Below are positions 8,865 through 18,304 of a DNA stretch of 64,000 nt, in pieces. The notes beneath the pieces are model-generated. The model was not told the origin of the DNA and searched no databases. It saw only the letters and a list, made by a program, of their open reading frames with translations. The first letter of the stretch is position 1. Each line of letters starts with the position of its first letter. The position numbers and the translations under genes are program-made. Origin of the DNA: a bacterium (GTDB lineage Bacteria; Patescibacteriota; Minisyncoccia; Minisyncoccales; CG1-02-41-26); assembly GCA_030616605.1 (NCBI GenBank), contig JAUWWY010000003.1, forward strand, positions 6,707 through 70,706, read 5' to 3'.

Positions 8865-8897
8865 AAAAGTCCTCTTAATGAATTAAGAGGACTTTTG
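8865..8897 (-). terminator. Intrinsic terminator of WG gene 5
   Basis: Same palindrome plus T-run. Confidence 0.75.
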
Positions 8898-8914
8898 GAT
8901 TGGATTGTATTGTG

Positions 8915-9250
8915 TCAATCTACTCTGGTTCCATCGGGACGGATGTGGAACGATTCTTTGTCCTTTCTTGCCTGAGCCAGGCCGTCCTGGAAGGGGCCGA
9001 CCCAGTCATATTTTTGCTCATAAGCAGGTGTTCCGTTAGGATGAATGTGGAACCACTTCTCATCCTTTCCAGCCACAGCCAGACCTTCATAGAAGGGACC
9101 GACCCAGTCATATCTTTGCTTGTAAGCAGGGGTTCCGTCAGGATGAATGTGGAAGTATTCCTCACCTTTTCCAGCCTCAGCCAGGTCTTCGTGGAAGATA
9201 CCGACGTGGTCATACATCTGCAAGAGTTTTTTTCTTGTTAGGGTTTCCAT
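8915..9250 (-). CDS. WG/KWG-type beta-repeat protein, 3 modules
   Basis: 111 aa paralog. Confidence 0.85.
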   Translation of the reverse strand: METLTRKKLLQMYDHVGIFHEDLAEAGKGEEYFHIHPDGTPAYKQRYDWVGPFYEGLAVAGKDEKWFHIHPNGTPAYEQKYDWVGPFQDGLAQARKDKESFHIRPDGTRVD

Positions 9251-9293
9251 TCCTCTTTTCCTTTATTATTGTCAATGTACAAGTTAATTGTTT

Positions 9294-9322
9294 ATAGTAT
9301 ATAACATATTCATTATTGTCAA
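9294..9322 (-). promoter_or_regulatory. Promoter TTGACA-17-TACTAT for WG gene 5
   Basis: Variant -10 in an otherwise conserved cassette. Confidence 0.5.
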
Positions 9323-9345
9323 AGAATATTTAAAAATGATGGAAT

Positions 9346-9374
9346 AAAAAGGGCTAGCGTTTGCTAGCCCTTTT
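9346..9374 (-). terminator. Intrinsic terminator after the PRTase gene
   Basis: Hairpin GGGCTAGC-GTTT-GCTAGCCC flanked by A- and T-runs. Confidence 0.7.
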
Positions 9375-9390
9375 GGGTTGGTTTCAATTC

Positions 9391-10032
9391 CTATATACCT
9401 TCTCCAGCTTTGCGAGCGAGAAACTCCCGGCCCTTACCTACTTCAGTGTTGATTGGTACTCTTTGAGCACAGAGAGGGCAATCTGCTTCATCCCAGGATT
9501 CAAAGTCAAGATCAATGAGGGCAAAAATTTCAGGCACATTGCCAACATCTTCAGGGGTAATCCCGCCTCTGTTACAAAAAACACCGAGTCCAACCACTTC
9601 ACCCTCAAGATTCCGCACTGCTTCCACAACTTTTCTTGCCGAGCCTCCGGTAGTAAGAACATCTTCAACAACCAGAATACGTTGCTTAGCAATAGAGCCA
9701 GCATATCCCCGTTTAAAAATGAATGTCTTTCCATCTTCGGATTTTTCAGCAAAAACAGCAAGAATCGTTTCCCCCCTCAACTTACTCAGCCAATAAGCAG
9801 TCCATTGAGAAAGAATCACCCCGCCTACAGCCGGAGCAGCAACAACATCAATCCCGTATGAGGTTGGATTACGGAAATGCTCGGCAATCCCTTTGCACAA
9901 GGTGGATACGAGCTCGGCGTAGCGATAAACCGCATCTTTATTAATATAGATAGAGCCGTGCTTTCCTGAGGCTAAAACAAAATGACCCTTAAGAATTGCT
10001 CCAGTTCTCTCAAATATCTCTAATATTGCCAT
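9391..10032 (-). CDS. Type I phosphoribosyltransferase, orotate-PRTase-like
   Basis: 213 aa. The PRPP loop is ILVVEDVLTTGGS. The N-terminal segment GHFVLASGKHGSIYINKD is OPRT-like. A strong SD, AAGGAGA, lies upstream. Confidence 0.7.
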   Translation of the reverse strand: MAILEIFERTGAILKGHFVLASGKHGSIYINKDAVYRYAELVSTLCKGIAEHFRNPTSYGIDVVAAPAVGGVILSQWTAYWLSKLRGETILAVFAEKSEDGKTFIFKRGYAGSIAKQRILVVEDVLTTGGSARKVVEAVRNLEGEVVGLGVFCNRGGITPEDVGNVPEIFALIDLDFESWDEADCPLCAQRVPINTEVGKGREFLARKAGEGI

Positions 10033-10116
10033 TTTTAACTATCTCCTTTTTTTGTTTTTAAAGTTCAAGGTTTAGTAAACCAATACTAAAACAAATCTGA
10101 CAAAAAAACAAGAGAA
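10033..10116 (-). promoter_or_regulatory. Promoter-leader cassette, copy 1: TTGTTT-17-TAGTAT, palindrome GGTTTACTAAACC, and leader ending AAAAAAAGGAGA
   Basis: Nearly identical to 11775-11855 over about 85 nt. The palindrome lies at 10068-10082. Confidence 0.6.
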
Positions 10117-10149
10117 TAAAAAATGTCCCGAGATAGAATCTCGGGACAT
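10117..10149 (-). terminator. Intrinsic terminator after purH
   Basis: Hairpin ATGTCCCGA-N9-TCGGGACAT followed by TTTTTT on the minus strand. Confidence 0.75.
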
Positions 10150-10172
10150 TTATGGTTTTGGTTCTTGGTTTC

Positions 10173-11774
10173 TTAGTGATTAAAAAAACCACGACCAACT
10201 TTGTCAGGAATAAGATACATAGCCACTTTGTTCTTTTCGCAAAGCGTCTTTACTTCTTTATCACGAATCGAACCGCTTGAAGCAAGTATCACCTTGATTC
10301 CGGCTGCAGCAAGAACAGCTGGGCCATCAGAAAATGGAAAGAAACTGTCGCTATAAGCAACTGCTCCATTTAGGTTATGACCCATCTCTTTAGCTTTGCG
10401 AATTGCCAACCTGCAAGCTCCAACCCGATCATTCTGGCCAACGCCATTGCCAATAACATAGCCATCGCGCACCAGGGTGATTGTATTGCTGTTGCTGGTT
10501 GAACCAACTGCCCAGGCCAAGAGAAGGTCATTCTCCTGTTCAGGTGTTGCCTCACCGAGCTTTTCAAGTCGGGAATCTTGCAGATCTAGTACAAACATGT
10601 AGTTTGGTTGACGGAGAAATCCTCCAGGCACATACCGAAATCGAGGCGCAGAATCAAGACTTTCATAAGCAAGATGACTGAGTGCACGATTGGTTAAAAA
10701 CCTGCACTTGTCTTTTTTCCGTCTCAACATCTGAACTGCTTTTTCAGTGAATGTTGGAGCAATGATGCCATCCAGTAATCGACGCTGTCCTTCATCTACC
10801 AGAAAAGTAAGTAAAGCATCTGCTCTTATTTCATCCAGCAAGAAGCTTGTCATTACTATTCCGCCGAAAATAGCACGAGTGTCACCACTGACCATCATTC
10901 GAATAACATCAATACCGTTTGTCCCGACAGCGGCACCGCATGCATTTCCATGTTTACAGGCAACTGCTATCATGGGTACCCTGGAATGATTAATATCAAA
11001 CACAGCGGCGATGTGGGTAATGGTCTGAATTAATCGGGCAACATCAACAAGGTTGATATAGCTTGGCTCAATGCCGGCGATAGACTGAAATCTGTCCAAT
11101 GACAATTGGTAGTCTGAACCAGTGCTAAACAATGCCGCGGGTGTTTGCCAGGGATTTTCTCCGTAGCGACAAATCGCTACCTGATGGCCAATAAAGCCAT
11201 CGTGTTTTCCCTTACTGTGATAACGAGCAGAAGTAAAAGAGTACTCAGCTGCCACTGCCTCTGCTTTGGCTGCCAGTTCAGTGATAAAAGTGTCTTCATT
11301 CGGCTTGCCGTTTTTCAACCAGTCAATTACTTGCAGGCGGTCATCAGCGTCGCAAATTACGATACGGCGTCCTTTGGCAGCAGACCGAAGAATTGTCGGG
11401 CCACCAACGTCAGTCTGCTCTATAACAGACTCAGGAGTACTTCCAGGGGCATTGATTGCTTCATGAAGCGGATAAAGATCCACACAGGCTAAGTCAATCC
11501 GGGGGATTTTCAGTCTTTCTAACTCATTAATATCCTCTTGAGAACCTGTGGCTTGGAGACCGGCATGGACTTCTCGAGAAAGAGTAACAACCCGGTGACC
11601 TAAAATCGCGCCGCCACCAACCAATTCAGCAACATCTTGAACCGGAATATCTGCTTTAGCCAGGGTCTTAGCTGTTCCTCCTGATGCAAGAAGTTGCCAG
11701 CCGAGTTCCACTAATTGTCTGGCAAACTCTTCAATTCCCGATTTATTGTAAACCGATAAGAGTGCTGTTTTCAT
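10173..11774 (-). CDS. purH: Bifunctional AICAR transformylase / IMP cyclohydrolase
   Basis: 533 aa. It has the MGS-like N-domain (ALLSVYNKSGIEEFARQL..ASGGTAK) followed by an AICARFT domain. Confidence 0.85.
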   Translation of the reverse strand: MKTALLSVYNKSGIEEFARQLVELGWQLLASGGTAKTLAKADIPVQDVAELVGGGAILGHRVVTLSREVHAGLQATGSQEDINELERLKIPRIDLACVDLYPLHEAINAPGSTPESVIEQTDVGGPTILRSAAKGRRIVICDADDRLQVIDWLKNGKPNEDTFITELAAKAEAVAAEYSFTSARYHSKGKHDGFIGHQVAICRYGENPWQTPAALFSTGSDYQLSLDRFQSIAGIEPSYINLVDVARLIQTITHIAAVFDINHSRVPMIAVACKHGNACGAAVGTNGIDVIRMMVSGDTRAIFGGIVMTSFLLDEIRADALLTFLVDEGQRRLLDGIIAPTFTEKAVQMLRRKKDKCRFLTNRALSHLAYESLDSAPRFRYVPGGFLRQPNYMFVLDLQDSRLEKLGEATPEQENDLLLAWAVGSTSNSNTITLVRDGYVIGNGVGQNDRVGACRLAIRKAKEMGHNLNGAVAYSDSFFPFSDGPAVLAAAGIKVILASSGSIRDKEVKTLCEKNKVAMYLIPDKVGRGFFNH

Positions 11775-11855
11775 CTTTTTCTCCTTTTTTTGTTTTTAAA
11801 GTTCAAGGTTTAATAAACCAATACTAAAACAAATCTGAAAAAAAGGCAAGAGAAA
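11775..11855 (-). promoter_or_regulatory. Promoter-leader cassette, copy 2: TTGCCT-17-TAGTAT, palindrome GGTTTATTAAACC, and leader ending AAAAAAAGGAGA
   Basis: Near-identical to copy 1. The palindrome lies at 11816-11830. Confidence 0.6.
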
Positions 11856-11899
11856 TAAAAAATGATGGACCGAAAATAAATCAAAGAATTAACTTATTT

Positions 11900-11941
11900 A
11901 AAAAGCCCAACATTGACGTTGTCACTGTTGGGCTTTTTTAT
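11900..11941. terminator. Bidirectional-looking terminator after purE
   Basis: Stem AGCCCAACA...TGTTGGGCT flanked by an A-run and a T-run. Confidence 0.7.
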
Positions 11942-11943
11942 TT

Positions 11944-12441
11944 TCACTTTTCTTTTGATGATAAAATGTCAAACTGGGCTGGTTTACGATTTTTCAGAAG
12001 AAATCTCCCTAACCCATCTTCAACGGTCTTGTCACCAATGGCAACGATTTGACAAGCCAGAATAGCTGCATTATACAACCCTGACTTACCAATGCCTGGA
12101 ACAGCAACCGGTATGCCAGAAGGCATACGGACCATTGAGAAAAGTGCATCCTGACCATCAAGCACCTCTGAAATCAAAGGTACCCCAATAACGAGTCGAT
12201 GACGGATATGAGAGGCAATCGCACCAGCAAGATGGGCTGCCATCCCAGCTGCAGCGATAAAAACGACTGTCTCTTTTCCTTCCTCCTTGCAATACGTTTT
12301 TAAGTCAGCCGGGTTACGATGAGCTGAGATAATGGAAAGTTTCCAAGATACTCCTATTTCGCTTAAAACACCAAGTATTTCAGATTCTTCCACTATCGTC
12401 ATGTCGCTTTTACTTCCTAAAATGACAACGACTTGGGACAT
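11944..12441 (-). CDS. purE: N5-carboxyaminoimidazole ribonucleotide mutase
   Basis: 165 aa. The motifs VVVILGSKSD and AAGMAAHLAG fit the PurE family. Confidence 0.85.
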   Translation of the reverse strand: MSQVVVILGSKSDMTIVEESEILGVLSEIGVSWKLSIISAHRNPADLKTYCKEEGKETVVFIAAAGMAAHLAGAIASHIRHRLVIGVPLISEVLDGQDALFSMVRMPSGIPVAVPGIGKSGLYNAAILACQIVAIGDKTVEDGLGRFLLKNRKPAQFDILSSKEK

Positions 12442-12473
12442 AGTTTATCCTTTCTTTCAGGTTTTAACCGATT

Positions 12474-13958
12474 TCAAATACCCAATATCTCTTGAAAAAG
12501 TCTTGCCTCATTTCTCAAAAGATACGATGGTAAGAAAATCTGATTCCAACGATCAAGATTTTCTTGGTCGCTGAAAATTCGTTTCAGAATCTCGTTCCAT
12601 CTTTGAATATCCTCTTCTTCAGCCCCTAATTGAGATGAGGGCTTGAGCTGTGCTTTGGCAATGATGTCCTGGATTGAAACCGGAGTTGAAACCGGGACTT
12701 GTTGAGATTTTAGAAACAACTTATTCATTTCAACAAGAGACCCTGCCAGATTTTCTCGCAACTTCTTTGCTCCATCGCTTGGTTCAAACGCATTAAAGGC
12801 AGCTAGTTGAACTATCCTATAAGCATCTTCAGTAGTTAAACCAAAAGCAATGCCAGATTCTTTTAAAACTTCCTTTACTTCACTTGAAGCATAGCAGCCA
12901 CGAGATTCAATCACCTCCAAAAGCATGTTATCCGGGTAGACCACCAAGTCCTTAAGAACCCGGGTCATAGTTTTAAGGGAACGGATTACCACATGGAAAA
13001 GATCAGGCCAAGCCACCCTTTCCACACAGGACTGTTCAATTGCCCTTTCTTCCCAGGTCCTGATATTATCCATAATCATCAGGTAATATCCCTTTGCCAT
13101 TCTTCCCATGCCCTCTGTTTGTTCGGTAGAGATAGTGTTTTTCTTATGGGGCATGGCTGAAGAACCTTTTTGTTTTTTACCAAAGGGCTCCTGATAAATC
13201 GGTCGGCCACTCCTGGCTCCCAGGCGAATAGTGATGGCGATTTTGTCAAGAGTGAGTACAATTTGGCAAAGAGCCTGGGCAATTGGCGCGTAGAGCTCCC
13301 TAGGAATTATCTGGGTTGCCCCATAATAAGGTTCAAAACCCAGAATTCTCAGTGCTTCTTTTTCAACTACTGGCTCTATGGTTCCGTAGTTACCGATTGC
13401 CCCGGATAACTTAGAGTACTTCAGGTTTTGTTCGGCTTTCCCTAAATTATCAATATCAACCTCAAGGTCTTGACGCCAAGTAAGGCAACGTTTGCCAAAT
13501 GTTTGAAGCTCTGCTTCCTGACCATGAGTGCGGGCATTCATTATAGTGTAGCGATATCTCCGAGCCATTTGTTCCAGAATTGTCTCAAGTGCTTCATAAT
13601 ACATTTTCACTAATAGGAGCGATTCTTTTAGCATTCCGGCAAAGGGTGCTTCTTCAGTATCGTAAGAAGTTATCTTTTTATGGAAATATAACTGAAGTTC
13701 GGGCGATAAAAACCTTAACCGCTCCTCAAGGAAAGCGTTTAAATCGTGGTGAATCTCTTGGTCTTTTTGCAACCACCAATCCAAATCTATTGGGGTTTTG
13801 GTCAAGATTGCTGAGATTTCCTCGTAGATTTTCTTAGGCACTTTGCCCAAATTAGCCATCGCCTGAATCACTGCTAGCTCGGTTCTCTGCCAGAGACCTA
13901 ACTTGTGTTCGTTAGACCAAATTACAGTAATCACTTCGTCTTCATATCTTTCTATCAT
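12474..13958 (-). CDS. purB: Adenylosuccinate lyase, start revised to MIERYEDE
   Basis: Fumarate-lyase family (SSAMPHKKN signature). GGAGG lies 8 nt upstream of the ATG at 13958. The 33-codon extension in the ORF track overlaps the promoter and terminator. Confidence 0.8.
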   Translation of the reverse strand: MIERYEDEVITVIWSNEHKLGLWQRTELAVIQAMANLGKVPKKIYEEISAILTKTPIDLDWWLQKDQEIHHDLNAFLEERLRFLSPELQLYFHKKITSYDTEEAPFAGMLKESLLLVKMYYEALETILEQMARRYRYTIMNARTHGQEAELQTFGKRCLTWRQDLEVDIDNLGKAEQNLKYSKLSGAIGNYGTIEPVVEKEALRILGFEPYYGATQIIPRELYAPIAQALCQIVLTLDKIAITIRLGARSGRPIYQEPFGKKQKGSSAMPHKKNTISTEQTEGMGRMAKGYYLMIMDNIRTWEERAIEQSCVERVAWPDLFHVVIRSLKTMTRVLKDLVVYPDNMLLEVIESRGCYASSEVKEVLKESGIAFGLTTEDAYRIVQLAAFNAFEPSDGAKKLRENLAGSLVEMNKLFLKSQQVPVSTPVSIQDIIAKAQLKPSSQLGAEEEDIQRWNEILKRIFSDQENLDRWNQIFLPSYLLRNEARLFQEILGI

Positions 13959-14036
13959 TTCTCTTCCTCCTTTTTTGTTAATGTTCAAACTTATGAAAGT
14001 TATATTAAAACAAATCTGTGAAAAAAGCAAGAGAAG
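13959..14036 (-). promoter_or_regulatory. Promoter-leader cassette, copy 3 (diverged): TTGCTT-17-TAATAT with leader AAAAAAGGAGG
   Basis: Shares CTCTTGC...CAGATTTGTTTTA and the A-rich SD leader with copies 1 and 2. Confidence 0.55.
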
Positions 14037-14071
14037 AAAAAGCCCGTCAGAGGTCAAAAGACATGACGGGC
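14037..14071 (-). terminator. Intrinsic terminator after the 14103-14600 gene
   Basis: Stem GCCCGTCA...TGACGGGC followed by TTTTT on the minus strand. Confidence 0.7.
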
Positions 14072-14102
14072 ATTGAGATTGAGCAACGAGCTGGTCTTAT
14101 AT

Positions 14103-14600
14103 CTACCAGGCTCGAAAGCTCTCCAGAGTAGTAACGAGATGCTCCTGGTTGCGAATCGTGTTCATTGCCAGGTTGAGCTGGGCTAGAGCCAAGTCGATTT
14201 GGCTGACTGAAAAGGGCTGAACAATGTCCTTGTTCTGCGGCCAAGGCTCCCAGACCTGTTTGCCATCCATTTCGAAAGAGACGGAATTTAAGCCACTCTC
14301 GGGAAACTCGCGGATGATGAGCCGATCAAACTGTTCGTCACCATTATAATCGTGGCCGCTGATGGCGAACGGATTGGGCGCCGATTCCTCATACTTCTTA
14401 GGGTGAAGATGAACCAGGCGATACCAGGCGCCGCTCCACATGTATTCTTCTATCAGCACGTCATAGACACCGAGTTCACCCTCGTAGAGGTTCCAAGCAT
14501 CGAGATTTGACTTTGATTTGCTACTAATGAAAATGACTGCTACACAGAGGAGTATCACGACAGCGAAGGCAAGCAGGTTTATTGGTGTAGTTACTCTCAT
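14103..14600 (-). CDS. Hypothetical membrane-anchored protein
   Basis: 165 aa. The N-terminal TM segment is INLLAFAVVILLCVAVIFI. The SD AAGGGAGAG lies upstream. Confidence 0.6.
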   Translation of the reverse strand: MRVTTPINLLAFAVVILLCVAVIFISSKSKSNLDAWNLYEGELGVYDVLIEEYMWSGAWYRLVHLHPKKYEESAPNPFAISGHDYNGDEQFDRLIIREFPESGLNSVSFEMDGKQVWEPWPQNKDIVQPFSVSQIDLALAQLNLAMNTIRNQEHLVTTLESFRAW

Positions 14601-14656
14601 TTTTCTCTCCCTTTGTTTTTGTTAAAGTTCTGGTTTCTAATTTCAAGAACACCTAA

Positions 14657-14685
14657 ATTATAGCAAATTTTATACCTTTTGTCAA
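14657..14685 (-). promoter_or_regulatory. Consensus promoter TTGACA-17-TATAAT with an extended TGC
   Basis: The minus strand reads TTGACAAAAGGTATAAAATTTGCTATAAT. Confidence 0.7.
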
Positions 14686-14687
14686 GA

Positions 14688-14716
14688 TTAAAATATCCCG
14701 AGGCGTAGCCTCGGGA
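14688..14716 (-). terminator. Hairpin after tRNA-Lys
   Basis: Stem TCCCGAGGC-GTA-GCCTCGGGA followed by a U-rich stretch, TATTTTAAT. Confidence 0.5.
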
Positions 14717-14721
14717 ATTTG

Positions 14722-14798
<77 letters not shown>

Positions 14799-14804
14799 AA
14801 AAAG

Positions 14805-15884
14805 TTACAATTCTTCTTTGTCTAATTCTTTCAACAATTCTTTTTGTTTTCTGGTTAATTTCTTTGGTGTCTTAATGACCAATTCAACATATAAGTTTCC
14901 TCTGCCAAAACCAGAAAAATGAGGAATTCCTTTTTTGGAAATTCTGAAAATTTTACCTGATTCTGTGCCAGCCGGAATTCTGAGGAAAATATTTTTCCCA
15001 TCCAATATTGGAACCTCTACTTCTTTTCCTAAAACAGCTTGAGAAAAAGAAATCGGCAAACTTAAATACAAATTATCGCCTTTTCTCTTAAATAGAGGAT
15101 GAGGTCGAACAAAAATTTTAAGATACAAATTCCCGCTTTTGGCTCCTTTTCTACCAGCATCCCCTTTGCCAGGAATTTTTAGGGTTTGGTCAAAATCTAC
15201 ACCGGCCGGAATAGAAACCTCTATGGTTTCTTTTTCATCAATTCTTCCCTCAGCTTGACAAACATTACAGGGCTTTTCTGGAATTTTACCCTCGCCTTTA
15301 CATTCGGGACAAATAACATACTGAGTAATTGTACCTAAAAAGATTTTTTTTATTTGTTGAATTTCTCCTGTTCCCCTGCAACTAAAACATTCTTTAGTTT
15401 TAGTTCCCGGCTCGCCACCTGAACCCTGACACCTGGAACAAACCTTTTTTTTGGCAAGAATTATTGTTTTTTTAAAATTCTCTAAAGTATCTTTCAAATC
15501 TATTTCCATTTCAACCCCAATATCTTTTCCCTGGTTAATGTTTTTTCTTTGACCCTTTTTTCTTAAATCAAATAAATCTTCAAATATATCTTCAATATTT
15601 AAAGAATTAAAATCAAAGCCAAAATCAAAACCTGCGCCAGCACCAAAACCTCCTGCACCAGAACCGCCAATCCCTGGACCTTCAAATACTCGTCCAAATC
15701 TATCATACTGCGTTCTCTTTTCAGGATTACCCAAAATTTGATAGGCTTCATTTATCTCTTTGAATTTCTTTTCATCGCCACCTTTATGGGGGTGATGTTT
15801 ATGAGCTAATTTATGAAAAGCCTTTTTAATTTCTTCTGAAGAGGCATCTTTGGAGATGCCTAAAATTTGATAGTAATCCTTCAT
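14805..15884 (-). CDS. dnaJ: Chaperone DnaJ
   Basis: J-domain HPD motif (HHPHKGGD region), a G/F-rich linker, and four CxxCxGxG zinc motifs. Confidence 0.9.
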   Translation of the reverse strand: MKDYYQILGISKDASSEEIKKAFHKLAHKHHPHKGGDEKKFKEINEAYQILGNPEKRTQYDRFGRVFEGPGIGGSGAGGFGAGAGFDFGFDFNSLNIEDIFEDLFDLRKKGQRKNINQGKDIGVEMEIDLKDTLENFKKTIILAKKKVCSRCQGSGGEPGTKTKECFSCRGTGEIQQIKKIFLGTITQYVICPECKGEGKIPEKPCNVCQAEGRIDEKETIEVSIPAGVDFDQTLKIPGKGDAGRKGAKSGNLYLKIFVRPHPLFKRKGDNLYLSLPISFSQAVLGKEVEVPILDGKNIFLRIPAGTESGKIFRISKKGIPHFSGFGRGNLYVELVIKTPKKLTRKQKELLKELDKEEL

Positions 15885-15900
15885 AATTACAATTTACGAT

Positions 15901-17787
15901 TTACAACTTTTCTTTAAATTTTCCTTCTTCTGGTTTATCTTTATCTTCTTTTTTATCTTCTGGTTTTTTTTCTTGCGTGGATTTCTTGTACATTTCAGCC
16001 CCAACTTTCTGAATTGCCTGCGATAACTCAGTGGTCTTTGATTTTATATCCTCTATATTATCACTGTCTTTAATTTTTTTCAATTCAGCAATTTTTTCCT
16101 CAATCTCTTTTTTATTCTCTTTAGAAACTTTATCTCCTGCCTCTTTTAAAGTTTTTTCAGTGGTATAAATCAAATTATCAGCTATATTCCTTGTCTCAAT
16201 TAATTCTTTCTTTTTTTGGTCTTCAGCATCATGTTTTTGAGCTTCTTTTTTCATCTCATCAATTTCCTCTTTTTGCAAACCAGTAGAACCTTCAATTCTT
16301 ACTGACTGACTCTTATTGGTAGCTTTATCTTGGGCTTTGACATTTAAAATTCCATTAGCATCAATGTCAAAAGTAACCTCAATCTGGGGAATTCCCCGGG
16401 GACTAGGAGGAATGCCATCTAAAATGAATCTACCCAAGCTCTTATTACCAACTGCCATTGGTCGCTCACCCTGTAAAACATGAATTTCTACTGATGGTTG
16501 ATTATCAGCTGCAGTAGAAAAAATCTGGGTTTTATCAATCGGATAGGTGGTATTTTTGGGAATTAGAATTGTAGTCACCCCTCCCAAAGTTTCAATTCCC
16601 AGAGAAAGGGGTGTAGCGTCCAATAAAAGAACTTCTTTGGTTTCTCCTCCAATGATTGCTCCCTGAAGAGCAGCTCCCATTGCTACTACTTCATCGGGAT
16701 TAATTTCTTTTGAAGGTTCTTTATTAAAAAGTTTTTTTATTTCCTCTTGGATTTTTGGCATTCTTGTCTGGCCGCCAACCAAAACTATTTCTTCAATATC
16801 CTCTGGTTTAAGTTTTGCTTCTTTTAAAGTGTTTTTTAACAACTCAATAGACCTTTCAATATACTCACTGACCATATTTTCCAATTGAGCTTTGGTCAGT
16901 TTATAAAGAAGATGTTTTGGTCCCGAGCTATCTGAAGTAATATAGGGAAGGTTTATCTCGGTTTCTTGAGTGCTGGATAATTCAATTTTTGCTTTCTCAG
17001 CTGCTTCTTTTATTCTTTGTAAAGCTAAAGTATCTTTTGATAAATCAATTCCCTGGTCTTTTTTATAATTTTCAACGACCCAGCCCATTATTTTTTGGTC
17101 AAAATCATCTCCACCAAGATGAGTATCTCCTCCGACGCCAATTACCTCAACTGTGTCAGGGTCTTTACGAACATCTAAAATTGAAACGTCAAAAGTTCCA
17201 CCACCAAAATCGTAAACTAAAATTTGCTGATTTCCTTTCTTGGTAAAACCATAAGCCAAAGCTGCTGCTGTTGGTTCGTTAATCACCATCTTTACATTCA
17301 GGCCAGCAATTTCACCGGCTACTTTTGTTGCTTTTCTTTGAGAATCATCAAAGTAAGCCGGACAGGTAATAACCACATCTGTAATCTTTTCTCCAATTTT
17401 TTCTTCAGCATCTTGTTTGAACTTTTGCAAAATCATTGCTGAAACTTCAGGTGGGTTGTGCCATTTTTCTCCCATCTTTACTTCAACTCCTCCATCTTTA
17501 CTTTCTCTTATTTCATAAGAAAAAAGTTTTCTATCTTTTTGAACTTCAGGGTCAGAAAATCTCCTTCCTATTAATCTTTTAATGGAAAAGATAGTGTTTT
17601 CAGGATTAGTAATTGCCTGTCTCTTGGCTAAAACGCCAACTAATCTTTCTTTGTTTTTAGTCAAAGTAACTATTGAAGGGGTGGTTCTTGACCCCTCTTT
17701 ATTTTCAATAATTGAAGGACTACCTCCCTCAACTACAGCCATAGCTGAAAAGGTTGTCCCAAGATCTATTCCTAAAATTTTTGACAT
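15901..17787 (-). CDS. dnaK: Chaperone DnaK (Hsp70)
   Basis: Hsp70 signatures GIDLGTTFS and [10 protein letters not shown]. Confidence 0.95.
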   Translation of the reverse strand: MSKILGIDLGTTFSAMAVVEGGSPSIIENKEGSRTTPSIVTLTKNKERLVGVLAKRQAITNPENTIFSIKRLIGRRFSDPEVQKDRKLFSYEIRESKDGGVEVKMGEKWHNPPEVSAMILQKFKQDAEEKIGEKITDVVITCPAYFDDSQRKATKVAGEIAGLNVKMVINEPTAAALAYGFTKKGNQQILVYDFGGGTFDVSILDVRKDPDTVEVIGVGGDTHLGGDDFDQKIMGWVVENYKKDQGIDLSKDTLALQRIKEAAEKAKIELSSTQETEINLPYITSDSSGPKHLLYKLTKAQLENMVSEYIERSIELLKNTLKEAKLKPEDIEEIVLVGGQTRMPKIQEEIKKLFNKEPSKEINPDEVVAMGAALQGAIIGGETKEVLLLDATPLSLGIETLGGVTTILIPKNTTYPIDKTQIFSTAADNQPSVEIHVLQGERPMAVGNKSLGRFILDGIPPSPRGIPQIEVTFDIDANGILNVKAQDKATNKSQSVRIEGSTGLQKEEIDEMKKEAQKHDAEDQKKKELIETRNIADNLIYTTEKTLKEAGDKVSKENKKEIEEKIAELKKIKDSDNIEDIKSKTTELSQAIQKVGAEMYKKSTQEKKPEDKKEDKDKPEEGKFKEKL

Positions 17788-17806
17788 AAGTTTTTTGATT
17801 TTAAAT

Positions 17807-18304
17807 TTACTTGGCGACCCTTACCTTGGCAGGCCTTATAACCCTGCCTTTTAATTTATAACCTTTTTGAATTATTTCTAAAATCTCTCCTGTTTTTTTT
17901 CCTTTAGTTTTAACTTCTTCTATGGCTTGGTGAAAATTGGGATCAAATTTTTCTTCCTTTGTCTTTATTTCTTCTATTCCTTGCTCTTTTAAAAATTTTT
18001 GAAATTGTTTTTCAATTTGAGAGAGTCCCTCCAAATAATTTAAGTTCTCTTTGCTTCGGGACAACTCTTTTTTTGCTTTTTGGAAATTATCCAAAATTGG
18101 CAAAATCTTTAAAATTATTTCGGTTTTTTCTATCTCAAAAAATTTTTTAAGTCTCTCTGTCTCCTCTCGTTTATAATTAATAAAATCTGCTCTTGCTCTC
18201 TGCCAGCCGGCTAAATACTCATCACGCAATTTCTGACATTCTTCAAATCTCTTTTTTAATTCCTCTAATTTTAAATTTTTTTTGTTTGCTTTTTCTTTAG
18301 CCAT
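17807..18304 (-). CDS. grpE: Nucleotide exchange factor GrpE
   Basis: 165 aa with the GrpE-like core RARADFINYKRE. It lies between hrcA and dnaK. Confidence 0.85.
   Translation of the reverse strand: MAKEKANKKNLKLEELKKRFEECQKLRDEYLAGWQRARADFINYKREETERLKKFFEIEKTEIILKILPILDNFQKAKKELSRSKENLNYLEGLSQIEKQFQKFLKEQGIEEIKTKEEKFDPNFHQAIEEVKTKGKKTGEILEIIQKGYKLKGRVIRPAKVRVAK

Larger units (their letters stand above)
6496..9322 (-). repeat. Tandem array of five promoter-leader-gene-terminator cassettes encoding WG-repeat paralogs
   Basis: The intergenic segments of about 150 nt and the coding repeats are highly similar across the five units. Confidence 0.9.

Noticed and set aside
6496-8897. The regularly spaced, identical 33-nt palindromes could be mistaken for a CRISPR array
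   Set aside because: The spacing is 480-690 nt rather than 25-50 nt. Each palindrome is followed by a T-run directly after a gene, and there are no cas genes. They are terminators of a tandem gene array.
6443-9241. Long alternative-frame and antisense ORFs covering each WG-repeat gene (for example 6443-6949, 6528-6977, 7621-8121, 8560-8856)
   Set aside because: Only one frame per unit has the conserved cap, an SD, and promoter and terminator placement. The other open frames follow from the periodic, stop-poor repeat composition.
12474-14057. N-terminal extensions in track ORFs: purB (33 codons), rpsB 39467-40327 (39 codons) and GNAT 49466-50077 (23 codons)
   Set aside because: The extensions run through promoters, terminators or the neighbouring gene and lack homology. 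Internal ATGs with better context restore the family-typical N-termini.
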